A DNA stretch of 64,000 nucleotides. Source: Paenibacillaceae bacterium. Lineage in GTDB: Bacteria > Bacillota > Bacilli > Paenibacillales > NBRC-103111. The notes beneath the pieces were generated by a model, which did no database searches, was not told where the DNA came from, and saw only the letters and a program-made list of their open reading frames with translations. Positions 22,442 to 33,015 of this stretch are shown here, one piece after another (position 1 is the stretch's first letter; each line of letters opens with the position of its first letter). Location: positions 37,695 to 101,694 of the forward strand of contig JBBDSZ010000051.1 in assembly GCA_040904685.1 (NCBI GenBank), in the 5' to 3' direction. A program made the translations under genes and the position numbers.

Positions 22442-24894
22442 CCTACAACAATGTTAACCAGCTTACCTTTAACTACGATTACTTTACGGATTGTTTTGCC
22501 AGCCGTGGCTTCTTGGACTTTTATTAGATTATGGGCAAGAACTTGCATCGCCGCTTCTTCCATTTCACGCGAGATCGCGACACGTTCAATAATTTTGCCA
22601 TTTACTTGTACAATGATTTCAACTTCATTGTCTTCAATCCAAGCTTCATCATAAGATGGCCATGGTTCATATGTTAAGCTGGATTTCTGCCCCAGTTGCT
22701 CCCAAAGCTCTTCTGCAATATGCGGTGCAATAGGTGATAAGAGCTGTACAAATTGAACCATAGCAGCCATTGGCAGCTGTTCTGTTTTATAAGCATCATT
22801 GACAAAAATCATCATTTGGCTAATCGCTGTATTAAAGCGCAATGCTTCATAGTCTTCTGTAATTTTCTTAATCGAACGGTGCCAAGTGCGTTTGAATGCA
22901 TCATTGGATTGCCCTTCTGCCGGCGAAACAACAATTTTCGGATTCAAACTGCCATCCTCTTCGTTGATAAACAACCGCCATACCCGATTAAAGAAACGAT
23001 AAATCCCCTCAACTCCACTCACATTCCATGGCTTAGTTGATTCAAGCGGCCCCATAAACATTTCGTACATTCGCAGCGTATCGCCACCAAACTCATTGAC
23101 AATTTGATCTGGATTAATGACATTCCCACGTGATTTGCTCATTTTTTCATTATTGTCACCGAGGATCATCCCTTGATTGACCAGCTTGTGAAAAGGCTCT
23201 TTTGTTGCAACAATACCCAAATCGTAAAGCACCTTATGCCAGAAACGCGCATAAAGCAAATGTAAAACGGCATGTTCAGCGCCACCAATATAAAGATCCA
23301 CGGGCAGCCATTGCTTTTGCAGCTCAGCCGAGCAAAGCTCCTTGTCATTGTGCGGATCGATATAGCGCAAGTAGTACCAGCAGCTCCCTGCCCATTGCGG
23401 CATCGTATTCGTCTCGCGACGAGCCTTCATACCTGTTTCCGAATCAATTGTATTGACCCATTCATCAACAACGGCTAGAGGTGACTCTCCTGTACCCGAT
23501 GGTTTGATTTGTGAAATATCCGGCAATAGTAAAGGCAGTTGATCCACAGGCACCGTCTTCATAGTGCCATCTTCAAGATGAAGAATCGGAATCGGTTCTC
23601 CCCAGTATCTTTGACGGCTGAACAGCCAATCACGTAGACGATATGTGACCTTGCCTTGCCCCTTACCTTCGGCCTCCAACCAAGCAATCATGCGGGCAAT
23701 GGCATCCACATTATTCAAACCATTCAGAAAGTCTGAGTTCACATGAACTCCGTCACCAGCATAAGCTTCTTCCGCAATATTACCGCCTTGAACAACTTCT
23801 ATAATCGAAAGCTCAAATTGTTTAGCAAATGCATAATCCCGTTCATCGTGACCCGGAACCGCCATAATAGCCCCCGTACCATAACCTGCAAGCACATAAT
23901 CGGCAATCCAGATCGGCACTTGCGCACCGTTTACAGGATTGATGGCATACGCCCCCGTGAAAACACCGCTTTTATCCTTTGCTAAATCTGTCCGCTCCAA
24001 GTCGCTCTTGCGTGATGCTTTTTCTTGGTAAGCAACAACCGCCGCTTTTTGTGCTGCTGTCGTGATTTTAGCCACTAATTTATGCTCAGGTGCGAGTACG
24101 CAATAGGTCGCTCCGAACAAAGTGTCCGGACGTGTTGTAAACACAGATAAGCTTGCATCCGAATAACCATCAATTGCAAAATGAACCTCAGCTCCAACGG
24201 ATTTCCCAATCCAATTGCGCTGCATATCCTTGATGCCTTCGGTCCAATCCAGTTCTTCCAAATCATCCAATAAACGCTCCGCAAAAGCAGTTATTCGCAA
24301 AATCCACTGACGCATCGGACGACGGATAACGGGATGATTCCCCCGTTCGCTCAAGCCATCAATCACTTCCTCATTTGCCAAAACCGTTCCCAAAGCCGGA
24401 CACCAGTTTACCAATACTTCGTCTAAGTAAGCTAAGCCCCGATTATAGAGTTGAATAAAAATCCATTGCGTCCATTTGTAATACTCCGGATCCGTTGTAC
24501 TAATTTCACGATCCCAATCGTAAGAAAAACCCAGCGTCTTAATTTGACGACGGAAATTATTAATATTTTTGATCGTGAATTCTTTGGGATGCTGTCCCGT
24601 GTTCAACGCATGCTGCTCAGCAGGTAAGCCAAAAGCATCCCAACCCATCGGATGCAGGACGTTATAGCCTTTCATCCGCTTGTAGCGCGAAACGATATCC
24701 GTAGCCGTCATTCCCTCAGGATGTCCTACGTGCAAGCCATCCCCTGATGGATAAGGAAACATATCCAAGGCATAAAACTTCGGCATCGTCGCATCATCAA
24801 GCACCTTGAACGTTTTGTTGTCATCCCATATCTTCTGCCATTTCGGTTCCATTACCAACGGATTGTAGCCAAACTGCTTTACATCTTGCGCCAT
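22438..24894 (-). CDS. leuS: Leucine--tRNA ligase
   Basis: MFPYPSG..LHVGH and KMSKS motifs; CP1 editing domain TTRPDTLFG. Confidence 0.98.
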   Translation of the reverse strand: MAQDVKQFGYNPLVMEPKWQKIWDDNKTFKVLDDATMPKFYALDMFPYPSGDGLHVGHPEGMTATDIVSRYKRMKGYNVLHPMGWDAFGLPAEQHALNTGQHPKEFTIKNINNFRRQIKTLGFSYDWDREISTTDPEYYKWTQWIFIQLYNRGLAYLDEVLVNWCPALGTVLANEEVIDGLSERGNHPVIRRPMRQWILRITAFAERLLDDLEELDWTEGIKDMQRNWIGKSVGAEVHFAIDGYSDASLSVFTTRPDTLFGATYCVLAPEHKLVAKITTAAQKAAVVAYQEKASRKSDLERTDLAKDKSGVFTGAYAINPVNGAQVPIWIADYVLAGYGTGAIMAVPGHDERDYAFAKQFELSIIEVVQGGNIAEEAYAGDGVHVNSDFLNGLNNVDAIARMIAWLEAEGKGQGKVTYRLRDWLFSRQRYWGEPIPILHLEDGTMKTVPVDQLPLLLPDISQIKPSGTGESPLAVVDEWVNTIDSETGMKARRETNTMPQWAGSCWYYLRYIDPHNDKELCSAELQKQWLPVDLYIGGAEHAVLHLLYARFWHKVLYDLGIVATKEPFHKLVNQGMILGDNNEKMSKSRGNVINPDQIVNEFGGDTLRMYEMFMGPLESTKPWNVSGVEGIYRFFNRVWRLFINEEDGSLNPKIVVSPAEGQSNDAFKRTWHRSIKKITEDYEALRFNTAISQMMIFVNDAYKTEQLPMAAMVQFVQLLSPIAPHIAEELWEQLGQKSSLTYEPWPSYDEAWIEDNEVEIIVQVNGKIIERVAISREMEEAAMQVLAHNLIKVQEATAGKTIRKVIVVKGKLVNIVVG

Positions 24895-24942
24895 CTTATT
24901 GAACCCCCTACATATTGTGGACTTTCACTGCTAAAAATAGGC

Positions 24943-25200
24943 ATAAAAAAAACCTCCATCGCTAGCACAACGCTAGGGACGAGATTGCTTCCCGTGGTAC
25001 CACCCTAATTCATAGAAATGCTCTTAGTAGCCATTCTCTTCTCACTTGAAACCCTTAACGTGGGCGACGAATTGATTTCCGCTGATTAATCAGCCTCACC
25101 ATTAGCTCCAAGACGAGTTCATTCCTGCCTACTGCCCGCTTACACCAACCGCCGGCTCTCTGAAAGTGGCTGCAGAATTACTATTTCTTTTCATTGCATG
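24943..25200 (-). promoter_or_regulatory. T-box riboswitch leader (Leu, specifier CUC)
   Basis: Minus strand has AATTAGGGTGGTACCACGGG T-box, AGAGAG and GGTGTAA stem I motifs, GAA-CTC specifier at 25115-25117, and a terminator with T-run. Confidence 0.93.
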
Positions 25201-25227
25201 TTCTTTATAGACGATAATTTCCCTTGA

Positions 25228-25256
25228 TTATATGCAAAATAAAGCCATTATGTCAA
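25228..25256 (-). promoter_or_regulatory. SigA promoter of leuS
   Basis: Perfect TTGACA-N17-TATAAT. Confidence 0.88.
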
Positions 25257-25335
25257 GTTCTGCGTTCACCCACTACAGAATTGGACAAAGATCAGGTATA
25301 CTAATTGTAGCATATTTACCGAAAGGAGCTTCAAC

Positions 25336-26394
25336 TTGAAAAAAATCTTGGTTGTATTTACCGGCGGTACAATTGGCAGCCTCAAAAAGAACCATAGTAT
25401 TGATGTTGATGCCTTAACTTCTTATGAGTTAATCCAGATGTACGAAGCATACACTCATAAGCGCCAAGTCGAGTTTGATACACATCAGCCATTAAATATT
25501 CTCAGTGAGAATATGGTGCCACTGGATTGGATTACCCTCATAAATCAGCTTAAAAAAATAGATTACTCTTTATATCAAGGGATTATTATTACGCATGGTA
25601 CGGATACTTTACCCTATACTGCAGCAGCTTTAAGCTTAGCGTGTAAGGGGATCCCCATCCCAATTGTCCTGATTGCGAGCAACTTTCCGTTGAACGATAC
25701 CCGTGGAAAAGGTGTGCAAAATTTTTCACACGCAGTCGATTTTATTATGGAACAGCCTTTGGTTGGGGTATTTGTTATTTTCGAGAATAATCATGGGGAT
25801 GCAATTGTTCATTTAGGTACGAGATTAACTCCATCTGATCCTTTTACAGACGAGTATGACAGCACTTATTCGGTTCCATTCGGAGTGATAAACAACAAAA
25901 AGTTCATCCACAATACCCATGAGCTAAACCCGTCTTTGTCAAGTCTTCAAAACCAGCTTGAGTTAGGAAAACTCAGTAAGCACGTTGCTTTCTCTAATGA
26001 GATTCTATACATCAAACCCCATCCTGGACTCAATTATCACTATTACGATTTTACCACTCATAAACCGAAGGCTGTGCTGCATGACTTATATCATTCTGGC
26101 ACCGCCTGCACACGCGCTTCTGATTTATTCCATTCCTCCATGATCCACTTCTTGACTTATTGCCAGTCGCACGACGTAGCAGTCTATATTGCACCCCTAA
26201 AGAATAAAGCCGGGGATCTATATGCGTCTTCAATACGGCTCATCGAAGCAGGGGCGATCCCTCTAGAGAACATCTCATTGGAAACAGCCCTAATCAAACT
26301 GATGCTTGCCTATGGTAGCTTTGAAGAACACGCACATGTCCTTCGATTTATGCAGGAAACATCGTTATTCTTTGAAATTCACGCGAAAAATTAA
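25336..26394 (+). CDS. Asparaginase-family (type I-like) protein, divergent
   Basis: FTGGTIGS and THGTDT motifs; AAGGAG RBS, TTG start. Confidence 0.85.
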   Translation: MKKILVVFTGGTIGSLKKNHSIDVDALTSYELIQMYEAYTHKRQVEFDTHQPLNILSENMVPLDWITLINQLKKIDYSLYQGIIITHGTDTLPYTAAALSLACKGIPIPIVLIASNFPLNDTRGKGVQNFSHAVDFIMEQPLVGVFVIFENNHGDAIVHLGTRLTPSDPFTDEYDSTYSVPFGVINNKKFIHNTHELNPSLSSLQNQLELGKLSKHVAFSNEILYIKPHPGLNYHYYDFTTHKPKAVLHDLYHSGTACTRASDLFHSSMIHFLTYCQSHDVAVYIAPLKNKAGDLYASSIRLIEAGAIPLENISLETALIKLMLAYGSFEEHAHVLRFMQETSLFFEIHAKN

Positions 26395-26447
26395 TTTAGA
26401 TCTTCCCTTTTATTCTGAAAAATGAATAGACCTTATCATTCTCAGAG

Positions 26448-26643
26448 TTAACTGCAAAAGTACAGTTAAATAAGGCAAAATCAACATTTTGGTGCATTCT
26501 AACTGCAATAATACAGTTAGAATTCATAGATTCCTTATATATTAGCGGTTTTTGATGAAAAATCGAAAATCAAACTGTATTTTTGCATTTAGAAGCCCAA
26601 ATATAGGGTGAAACGTTCCATCTAACTGTATTCTTGCAGTTAG
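26448..26643. repeat. Four-unit palindromic intergenic repeat element (TAACTG-N8-CAGTTA units)
   Basis: 22-bp units start at 26448, 26499, 26571 and 26622; units 3-4 are inverted relative to units 1-2. Confidence 0.85.
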
Positions 26644-26837
26644 AGTTGATTTGGTTACCCTGAATACATACAATTTTCGTTATTTCATCAAGGAAATATG
26701 GCGTTATTAGAAAAAAACGTTATCAACACCAAGCCTTCGCTAATCGCCCCTTATTATGGATGTAAGGGAACCTTTAGAGAAAATGAGCTGTCTAATAACA
26801 AAATTATTTCCCAATAAGATGAAAGGAATTAATTGGC

Positions 26838-27623
26838 TTACTTTGGCTTGCGACAAACAAAAAATGCACGTTCCGTCTCAGCATGTACCGGCTCAAAACG
26901 GAAGTCTCCAAAGACCTCCACATCAACAAATCCAATCTCGAGCAGCTGACGTTTAAGCCAGTCCAAACGATATCCTCTTTGCACATGTGTTTCTTCAAAG
27001 CGCAAAAACTTGGGTTCCTGCGGGGAACGGTCATGACTTAAACTGCTCTTACCATCATCCTCACGAACAAACAACGTCAGCTCATGACAAATTTCACAGG
27101 TTTCATCTTCCAACTCTGAAGTCCATATATACGCAATATCCTCTTCATTCATGAAAAAAGGCTGGGTTGCAGCATAAGAAATCAACAGGTAGGGCGTATG
27201 CATATCAAAAATGAATAAACCACCTGGACGCAAGCCTTGATACGTCTGACGGAAGGCTTGCACAAGCTCAGCTTCTTCCAAAATATAATTCAAGCAATCG
27301 CAAAAAGAAACGGCAGTGTCTACTTGCTCATGCAGCTCCCACTCCCGCATATCCTGCTGCACCCAAGTTACATTCACTCCGCTGATGTCTTGGCTTTTAT
27401 GCTGTGCTACAGCTAACATATCCTCCGATAAGTCAATACCTGTAACATGCAAACCACTCTGCGCCAAAGGAATGGCTAGACTCCCAGTACCACAGCCGAG
27501 ATCGACCAAGGTTCCTGGCTTGCCATAACGCTCCCAGCAGGTATCGATAAAGCGAAGCCAATCTGTATACGGCAGGTTATCCATTAATCGGTCATAATAA
27601 TAAGCAAATTTCGTATAGGACAT
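26838..27623 (-). CDS. Class I SAM-dependent methyltransferase (YqeM-like)
   Basis: LVDLGCGTG and DLSEDML motifs; last gene of the yqeG cluster. Confidence 0.9.
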   Translation of the reverse strand: MSYTKFAYYYDRLMDNLPYTDWLRFIDTCWERYGKPGTLVDLGCGTGSLAIPLAQSGLHVTGIDLSEDMLAVAQHKSQDISGVNVTWVQQDMREWELHEQVDTAVSFCDCLNYILEEAELVQAFRQTYQGLRPGGLFIFDMHTPYLLISYAATQPFFMNEEDIAYIWTSELEDETCEICHELTLFVREDDGKSSLSHDRSPQEPKFLRFEETHVQRGYRLDWLKRQLLEIGFVDVEVFGDFRFEPVHAETERAFFVCRKPK

Positions 27624-27626
27624 CGT

Positions 27627-28526
27627 TTACTCCTCCGACTGCTTCATATATGTCCAGCCATCTTTTTGCACAATCTGACCATTGCGCATCAGCTTACCCA
27701 GCGCACGTTTAAAAGCGGATTTACTGATATTAAATTTCCCCATAATATCGTCAGCTGATGTTGCGTCAGAGTAAGGCATGGCTTGATTAGGCTGCGCCAT
27801 CAAATATTCTAAAATCGTTTCCGCATCTTCATCGCGTCCAACTTCTTTTAATGGTCGCATGGAGAGATTCGCTCGGCCATCCTCTCGCACGAAAATCACA
27901 CGCACCTGTACCTGCTGACCCAATCGTAAAAGATCTGTCCGTTCCGAGCTATGAATCATCCCAATTGCACCGAATCCGCCGAGAATACCACCTTCACCTT
28001 CGCAGACCACAAAGCTTCCTAGCTGTAACGGTTTGTATACCCGTGCTGTGATCCATTGATTTTTCCATGCTGTCGGAGCATGAAAGGCTAATGGAACAAG
28101 CTCATCTTCCCCAGCTAGCTTAGCAATTAAGCGCCCCTGACGGTCATGCGCCAAAACCACATAGACCTTGTCACCCACGAGTGGGCGCAGTTCCTTCATC
28201 TCCGGCTGTTCACGAAATGGCAGCAGCAAATGACGTCCTAAGCCCATTTCAAGAAAGCTGCCGAAGCGTGGATGTATATCCACGACTTCTAATAAGCCGA
28301 CCTCGCCAAGCTTAAGAAAAGCATGCTTCATCGTGGCTGACAAACGATCTTGGGCATCGTGATAAAGATAGACATCGATCTCCTCGCCTATCTGAATTTC
28401 ACCAACAATTTGGGTGTAATGCAGCAAAACCTCCTGCTCCTCATCCGTAAGAAAAAAACCAAAGGGAGCAACCTCTTTGGCTATGTGCAATGTGACGACC
28501 ATTCCTGCTTCAAGTCCTTGACTCAT
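27627..28526 (-). CDS. CvfB/YitL-family S1 RNA-binding protein
   Basis: Tandem S1-like domains and C-terminal winged helix with ISKSAFKRALGKL. Confidence 0.88.
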   Translation of the reverse strand: MSQGLEAGMVVTLHIAKEVAPFGFFLTDEEQEVLLHYTQIVGEIQIGEEIDVYLYHDAQDRLSATMKHAFLKLGEVGLLEVVDIHPRFGSFLEMGLGRHLLLPFREQPEMKELRPLVGDKVYVVLAHDRQGRLIAKLAGEDELVPLAFHAPTAWKNQWITARVYKPLQLGSFVVCEGEGGILGGFGAIGMIHSSERTDLLRLGQQVQVRVIFVREDGRANLSMRPLKEVGRDEDAETILEYLMAQPNQAMPYSDATSADDIMGKFNISKSAFKRALGKLMRNGQIVQKDGWTYMKQSEE

Positions 28527-28870
28527 ACGTGTTCCACGATTTTAGCATCGGACCATAAACGCTCTAAATTGTAAAATTCCCGTTCATCGCGATGAAAGAT
28601 ATGCACGACTACATCGCCTAAATCAACCAAAACCCAACGAGCCGTATTCATCCCTTCGATCCCGCGAACACGAATCCCTAGCTCTCCGGCCTTTTCACGA
28701 ACGGATGCACCAATAGCTTGCACTTGCGTTTCTGAATTCCCGTGACAGATGATAAAATAATCGGCTATCAATGAAATCCCCTCAAGGTTAAGTGTCACAA
28801 CATCAATTGCCTTCTTATCCTCAACCGCATCAACCATTTGCAACATAATATCTTTAATTTTCATACTCAA
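28523..28870 (-). CDS. rsfS: Ribosome silencing factor
   Basis: DKKAIDV, WVLVDLGDVVVHIF and FYNLERLW motifs. Confidence 0.95.
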   Translation of the reverse strand: MSMKIKDIMLQMVDAVEDKKAIDVVTLNLEGISLIADYFIICHGNSETQVQAIGASVREKAGELGIRVRGIEGMNTARWVLVDLGDVVVHIFHRDEREFYNLERLWSDAKIVEHV

Positions 28871-28886
28871 TACGTCAACCCCTTTA

Positions 28887-29453
28887 TCATTTGGAAATCT
28901 CATCAATCAATGCATTTCTGGCTAATAGCGTTAAGGGATAAATCTTTTGTTTCTTGGAGATTAAGAAAAGCAGCGTGCTGTCAAACCCAGCGATTAAAGC
29001 TTTCTCTAAGCTATTCTCAGCTTTTTTACGAATTTTATCCACTTCGGGAAAATCACGACCCGGCTCGATATAGTCGGCTAAGCATACGATTTTGTCCAAA
29101 AGTGTCATACCTACCCGACCCGAAGTGTGATAACGAATCGCATTTAATACTTCTTCATCCTCAATACCATATTCATCACGAACAAAACATGCAGCAGCCG
29201 GACCGTGCCAGAGCTGTTTATCATTCTCCAATAAATCTCCAGCCATACCGTAATTAACAAGAACCTCAGCTTGGCGATCCACAGGCCAATATTTGCAATA
29301 GTCATGCAATAAAGCAGCCAATTCAGCTTTTTCCACATCGGCTCCATATTGCTGCGCGAGCTTCACTGAGGTGGCAATTACACCTTGTACATGCACCCAA
29401 CGTTTAGCAGGCATTTGCTGTTGTACGGCTTTAATCATTAACTCACGTTTCAT
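28887..29453 (-). CDS. yqeK: HD-domain Ap4A hydrolase YqeK
   Basis: LLHDYCK, IRYHTSG and ADYIEPGR motifs; follows nadD. Confidence 0.93.
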   Translation of the reverse strand: MKRELMIKAVQQQMPAKRWVHVQGVIATSVKLAQQYGADVEKAELAALLHDYCKYWPVDRQAEVLVNYGMAGDLLENDKQLWHGPAAACFVRDEYGIEDEEVLNAIRYHTSGRVGMTLLDKIVCLADYIEPGRDFPEVDKIRKKAENSLEKALIAGFDSTLLFLISKKQKIYPLTLLARNALIDEISK

Positions 29454-30030
29454 ACAACGAATTCGCCTCCATATATAAGCGTACGCTCTCGCTTACCAGA
29501 TATCTCGTAGATTTACCAAGACGCTTCCGTTGCCGAATAGCTGTAGATGAAATATCGATTTGCGGCATTGAAGCTAATTGAACCTTGGCCGCTAAATGTT
29601 CAGGCAATTGCTCCAATGCAGCCTCAAATCCGGGTCTTTGCAAGCCAATAAAAGAAACACCTGCGATGATTTGTTCAATTCGTACCCATTTAGGTAAGTA
29701 CATCACCATATCTGCCCCAATAATATAATAAAACGACAAGTCCGGATGCCATTCATTAAGCGTTAGAACTGTATCTGCAGTAAATGAGGTTCCACCGCGG
29801 ATAATCTCAACATCCACGACACGAAAAGCGGGATGATCCGCGACTGCCAGACGACACATCATCAATCTATGTTCTGCACTTGCTTTAGGCAAATTCGTTT
29901 TATGCGGGGGAATACATGTAGGTATGAACCACACTTCATCCAAGCCCGCAGCTTCACGTGCACATTCAGCGGCAATCAAATGCCCGAGATGGATTGGATC
30001 AAACGTACCACCCATTATACCAATTTTCAT
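29443..30030 (-). CDS. nadD: Nicotinate-nucleotide adenylyltransferase
   Basis: GGTFDPIHLGH, IIGAD and ISSTAIR motifs. Confidence 0.96.
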   Translation of the reverse strand: MKIGIMGGTFDPIHLGHLIAAECAREAAGLDEVWFIPTCIPPHKTNLPKASAEHRLMMCRLAVADHPAFRVVDVEIIRGGTSFTADTVLTLNEWHPDLSFYYIIGADMVMYLPKWVRIEQIIAGVSFIGLQRPGFEAALEQLPEHLAAKVQLASMPQIDISSTAIRQRKRLGKSTRYLVSESVRLYMEANSLYET

Positions 30031-30080
30031 CCGACATTCACTTCGCTTTTCGTAATAAATGAGATAACTTTCTTATGTGG

Positions 30081-30371
30081 TTAAGGGAGAACAATGGTTT
30101 TGTTGTCTTTGGACTCTTTGTATAACACGATTACTTTGCCGATGACTTGAACTAACTCTGCACCTGCACCCGCAGCTAAAGCTTCAGCCACTTCATGCTT
30201 ATCCTCTAGGCAATTATTCAGTACGGTAATCTTCATTAATTCTCTGACTTCAATCGCTTCTTTAATATGGGTGATTAAATGCTCATTGACGCCGCCTTTT
30301 CCAACTTGAAAAATTGGATTCAAATCATGTGCTTCTGAACGTAAATATTTCTTTTGTTTGTTGTTCAACAT
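30081..30371 (-). CDS. yhbY: Ribosome assembly RNA-binding protein YhbY (CRM domain)
   Basis: LRSEAHDLNPIFQVGKGG and VQVIGKVIVLY motifs. Confidence 0.94.
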   Translation of the reverse strand: MLNNKQKKYLRSEAHDLNPIFQVGKGGVNEHLITHIKEAIEVRELMKITVLNNCLEDKHEVAEALAAGAGAELVQVIGKVIVLYKESKDNKTIVLP

Positions 30372-30383
30372 GCTTTTACCCTC

Positions 30384-31244
30384 CTACTCCGCTAAAGATT
30401 GCAAAACGATTTCACGCATAGCTTGAATGGGTGCCTGCTGACCAGTCCAGTACTCAAAGGCATAGGCTCCTTGATAAATAAACATACCCAAGCCGCCATG
30501 GGTTATAGCACCCCTTGCTTTGGCTTCCTTCAAGAACAAAGTTTCCATAGGCGTATAAATAATATCACTGACGACCAGCCTATTATGCAGCAAGCTCGAA
30601 TCAAGCGGTATCTCATTGATATTCGGATGCATACCCAAGGATGTATTATTCACAACCAAATCCACTTTATCTATTATACCTGCAATTGCCTCCGGTACAA
30701 TGGATTTAGCTGCGGTTAACGAAGAAATGGTTGAAACTAATTCATCCGCTTTGGATTGCGTGCGGTTGCTGACCCAAACTTTGGCTGCCCCAGCCTTAGC
30801 CAATGCATAAGCTATGCCTCTGCCTGCACCTCCCGCTCCTAGAAGCAGCACTTTTTTACCCTGCAGCGATATGCCAGTTTCTTCACACAAAGATCGAACG
30901 TAACCTATTCCGTCCGTATTATAACCGATTAACCTGCCATTCTCGTTTACGATGGTGTTCACTGCCCCGATAACTCGGGCACCCTCATCGATCTCATCCA
31001 AATAAGACATCACTTCGACTTTGTATGGAATCGTTACGTTTACACCGCGAAAACGCAAAGCACGGATGCCTTGGATTGCTTCCTTTAAGGTGCCTTGCTC
31101 AATATGAAAAGCAGCATAAGCGGCATTTATTCCGCATACTTCGAATGCGCGATTCAACATTAAGGGAGATTTGGAGTGGGAGATCGGGTTCCCGAAAACT
31201 CCATATAGTGTGGTCAGGCTATTAATCATTTGGCTTGAGCTCAA
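30384..31244 (-). CDS. aroE: Shikimate dehydrogenase
   Basis: HSKSP, NVTIPYK, GAVNT, NTDGIG and GAGGA motifs. Confidence 0.96.
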   Translation of the reverse strand: MSSSQMINSLTTLYGVFGNPISHSKSPLMLNRAFEVCGINAAYAAFHIEQGTLKEAIQGIRALRFRGVNVTIPYKVEVMSYLDEIDEGARVIGAVNTIVNENGRLIGYNTDGIGYVRSLCEETGISLQGKKVLLLGAGGAGRGIAYALAKAGAAKVWVSNRTQSKADELVSTISSLTAAKSIVPEAIAGIIDKVDLVVNNTSLGMHPNINEIPLDSSLLHNRLVVSDIIYTPMETLFLKEAKARGAITHGGLGMFIYQGAYAFEYWTGQQAPIQAMREIVLQSLAE

Positions 31245-31272
31245 TGGGTTACACTCCGTTTACTGCAAAATT

Positions 31273-32394
31273 TTAAATCAAACTTTCCCGTATAGATAGC
31301 TTTACACCTTTTGGCACATGGACTTCGAGCTCAGCACCAGCTAGACTATTGATCTTGATCCAGCCGAGACCGGAGATGAGTACATCCACATTGCTGCCCT
31401 TGCGAATGTGGACAGGATGCTTGGTCAAGGGTGGTAATGACTCCAAGTCTTCTTTGCTTGGAGGCTTTAACATTTCACCGCGATGCTCGGCGTAAAGCTC
31501 GTCCGCTTTTTCAAGCTTGGTGCGGTGGATCTTGATTGCACTGGAAACATAACAGGTAAAGGATTGCCGCTCGCCGTGAATGAAATCAAAACGAGCCAAA
31601 GCGCCAAAGAATAAGGTTTGTTGTTCGTTTAATTGAAAGACCATTGGTTTAATCGCTTCATTTGGCAGTAAGGCTTGAATATCTCTTTTGGCCACAAGCT
31701 CACTCAGTCTATGTTTATAGACAATACCTGGTGTATCGAAGATGAATTTACCGTCATCCAGTGGTATTTTTACAATGTCCAAGGTCGTACCCGGGTATTG
31801 CGAGGTTGTTAATTCTGCTTCCAGATCGCTATAATCACGGATCAATCGATTGATTAAAGTGGATTTCCCCACATTGGTTGCACCGACTACATAAATATCT
31901 TTACCGGCACGGTGCTTATCTAGGGTTTGCATAAACCGCTCAAAGCCAATATTCTTCTTGGCACTGACCATGACGATTTCCACAGGTCTAAGCCCTTGTT
32001 CCTTTAGCTGGCGCTGCACCCAATTGACAATTTTGTTCAAATTGCTAACTTTAGGCAACAAATCAATCTTATTTACGACCAGCAATAACGGATTTGTACC
32101 GATAAATCTCGGCAAGCTCCCGATCAAGCTGCCTTCAAAATCAAAAATATCGACAATGTGGACAACCAAGCTTTGTGTATTGCCGATATGCCCCAATATT
32201 TGGAGGAAGTCATCCTGATGAAGTGCTGTACTGGAAACTTCGTTATAATGCTTAATACGAAAGCATCTTTGGCAGATAATAGGCTCTCGATTTAAGGCCT
32301 GTTCTGGAATAAATCCCAGCTTAGCTGTATCTATTGTTTGGAGCTTGACTCCACAGCCTTCGCAATGCGTAATTTCTAGATCCTCTTGTGTCAT
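31273..32394 (-). CDS. yqeH: Ribosome biogenesis GTPase YqeH
   Basis: CEGCG...CQRC zinc finger; circularly permuted NKID, GATNVGKS and DTPG. Confidence 0.96.
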   Translation of the reverse strand: MTQEDLEITHCEGCGVKLQTIDTAKLGFIPEQALNREPIICQRCFRIKHYNEVSSTALHQDDFLQILGHIGNTQSLVVHIVDIFDFEGSLIGSLPRFIGTNPLLLVVNKIDLLPKVSNLNKIVNWVQRQLKEQGLRPVEIVMVSAKKNIGFERFMQTLDKHRAGKDIYVVGATNVGKSTLINRLIRDYSDLEAELTTSQYPGTTLDIVKIPLDDGKFIFDTPGIVYKHRLSELVAKRDIQALLPNEAIKPMVFQLNEQQTLFFGALARFDFIHGERQSFTCYVSSAIKIHRTKLEKADELYAEHRGEMLKPPSKEDLESLPPLTKHPVHIRKGSNVDVLISGLGWIKINSLAGAELEVHVPKGVKLSIRESLI

Positions 32395-32415
32395 ATAGCT
32401 CGTAAGTCTCCCATC

Positions 32416-32910
32416 TTATTTGCGCATCATCGCAAGAAGGACTTTCTCTATCCTGCGGTTTATTTTGGTAAAAAATCCTTCGTCTAACAGGGCAATCGGC
32501 AATACCAGAATCGTTTGCAGCCCCATCCGATTGCCACCCAAAACATCGGTAAGCATTTGATCACCAACAACAACAGCCTGCTCTGCGGTAAGCTCCATCA
32601 ACCGCAGTGCTTTGTGAAAAGCATAATTCGTTGGTTTCTTCGCTCGGTGAATAAAAGGGATATGCAGCGGTTCGGCAAAAGTCCGTACGCGTAGTTCTCC
32701 ATTATTAGATACAATCACTAGCTTGAAGCCCATTTGTTTAACTTGCTCAAGCCATTCAATGAGCTCTGGTGTCGCTAAAGGTTCTTTGGCACCAACCAGG
32801 GTATTATCTAGATCGGTTATTATTCCACGGACCCCATTTTTCCATAACTCTGCTAATGGTATTTCATAGACCGTCTTCACCCGCAGCCAGGGCGTAAATT
32901 TATGCAACAA
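32416..32910 (-). CDS. yqeG: YqeG HAD IIIA phosphatase
   Basis: DLDNTL, SNN and GDQMLTDVLGGNR motifs; GAGGTG RBS before TTG 32910. Confidence 0.93.
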   Translation of the reverse strand: MLHKFTPWLRVKTVYEIPLAELWKNGVRGIITDLDNTLVGAKEPLATPELIEWLEQVKQMGFKLVIVSNNGELRVRTFAEPLHIPFIHRAKKPTNYAFHKALRLMELTAEQAVVVGDQMLTDVLGGNRMGLQTILVLPIALLDEGFFTKINRRIEKVLLAMMRK

Positions 32911-33015
32911 TGCTTTCACCTCTACGTTCGCCTCATATATACGTGAAACTATACCATACTTCGGCTTTTGTGTGCAAAAAACCGTCCGCAGCAAGCGGAC
33001 GGTTGCCTGATCATC

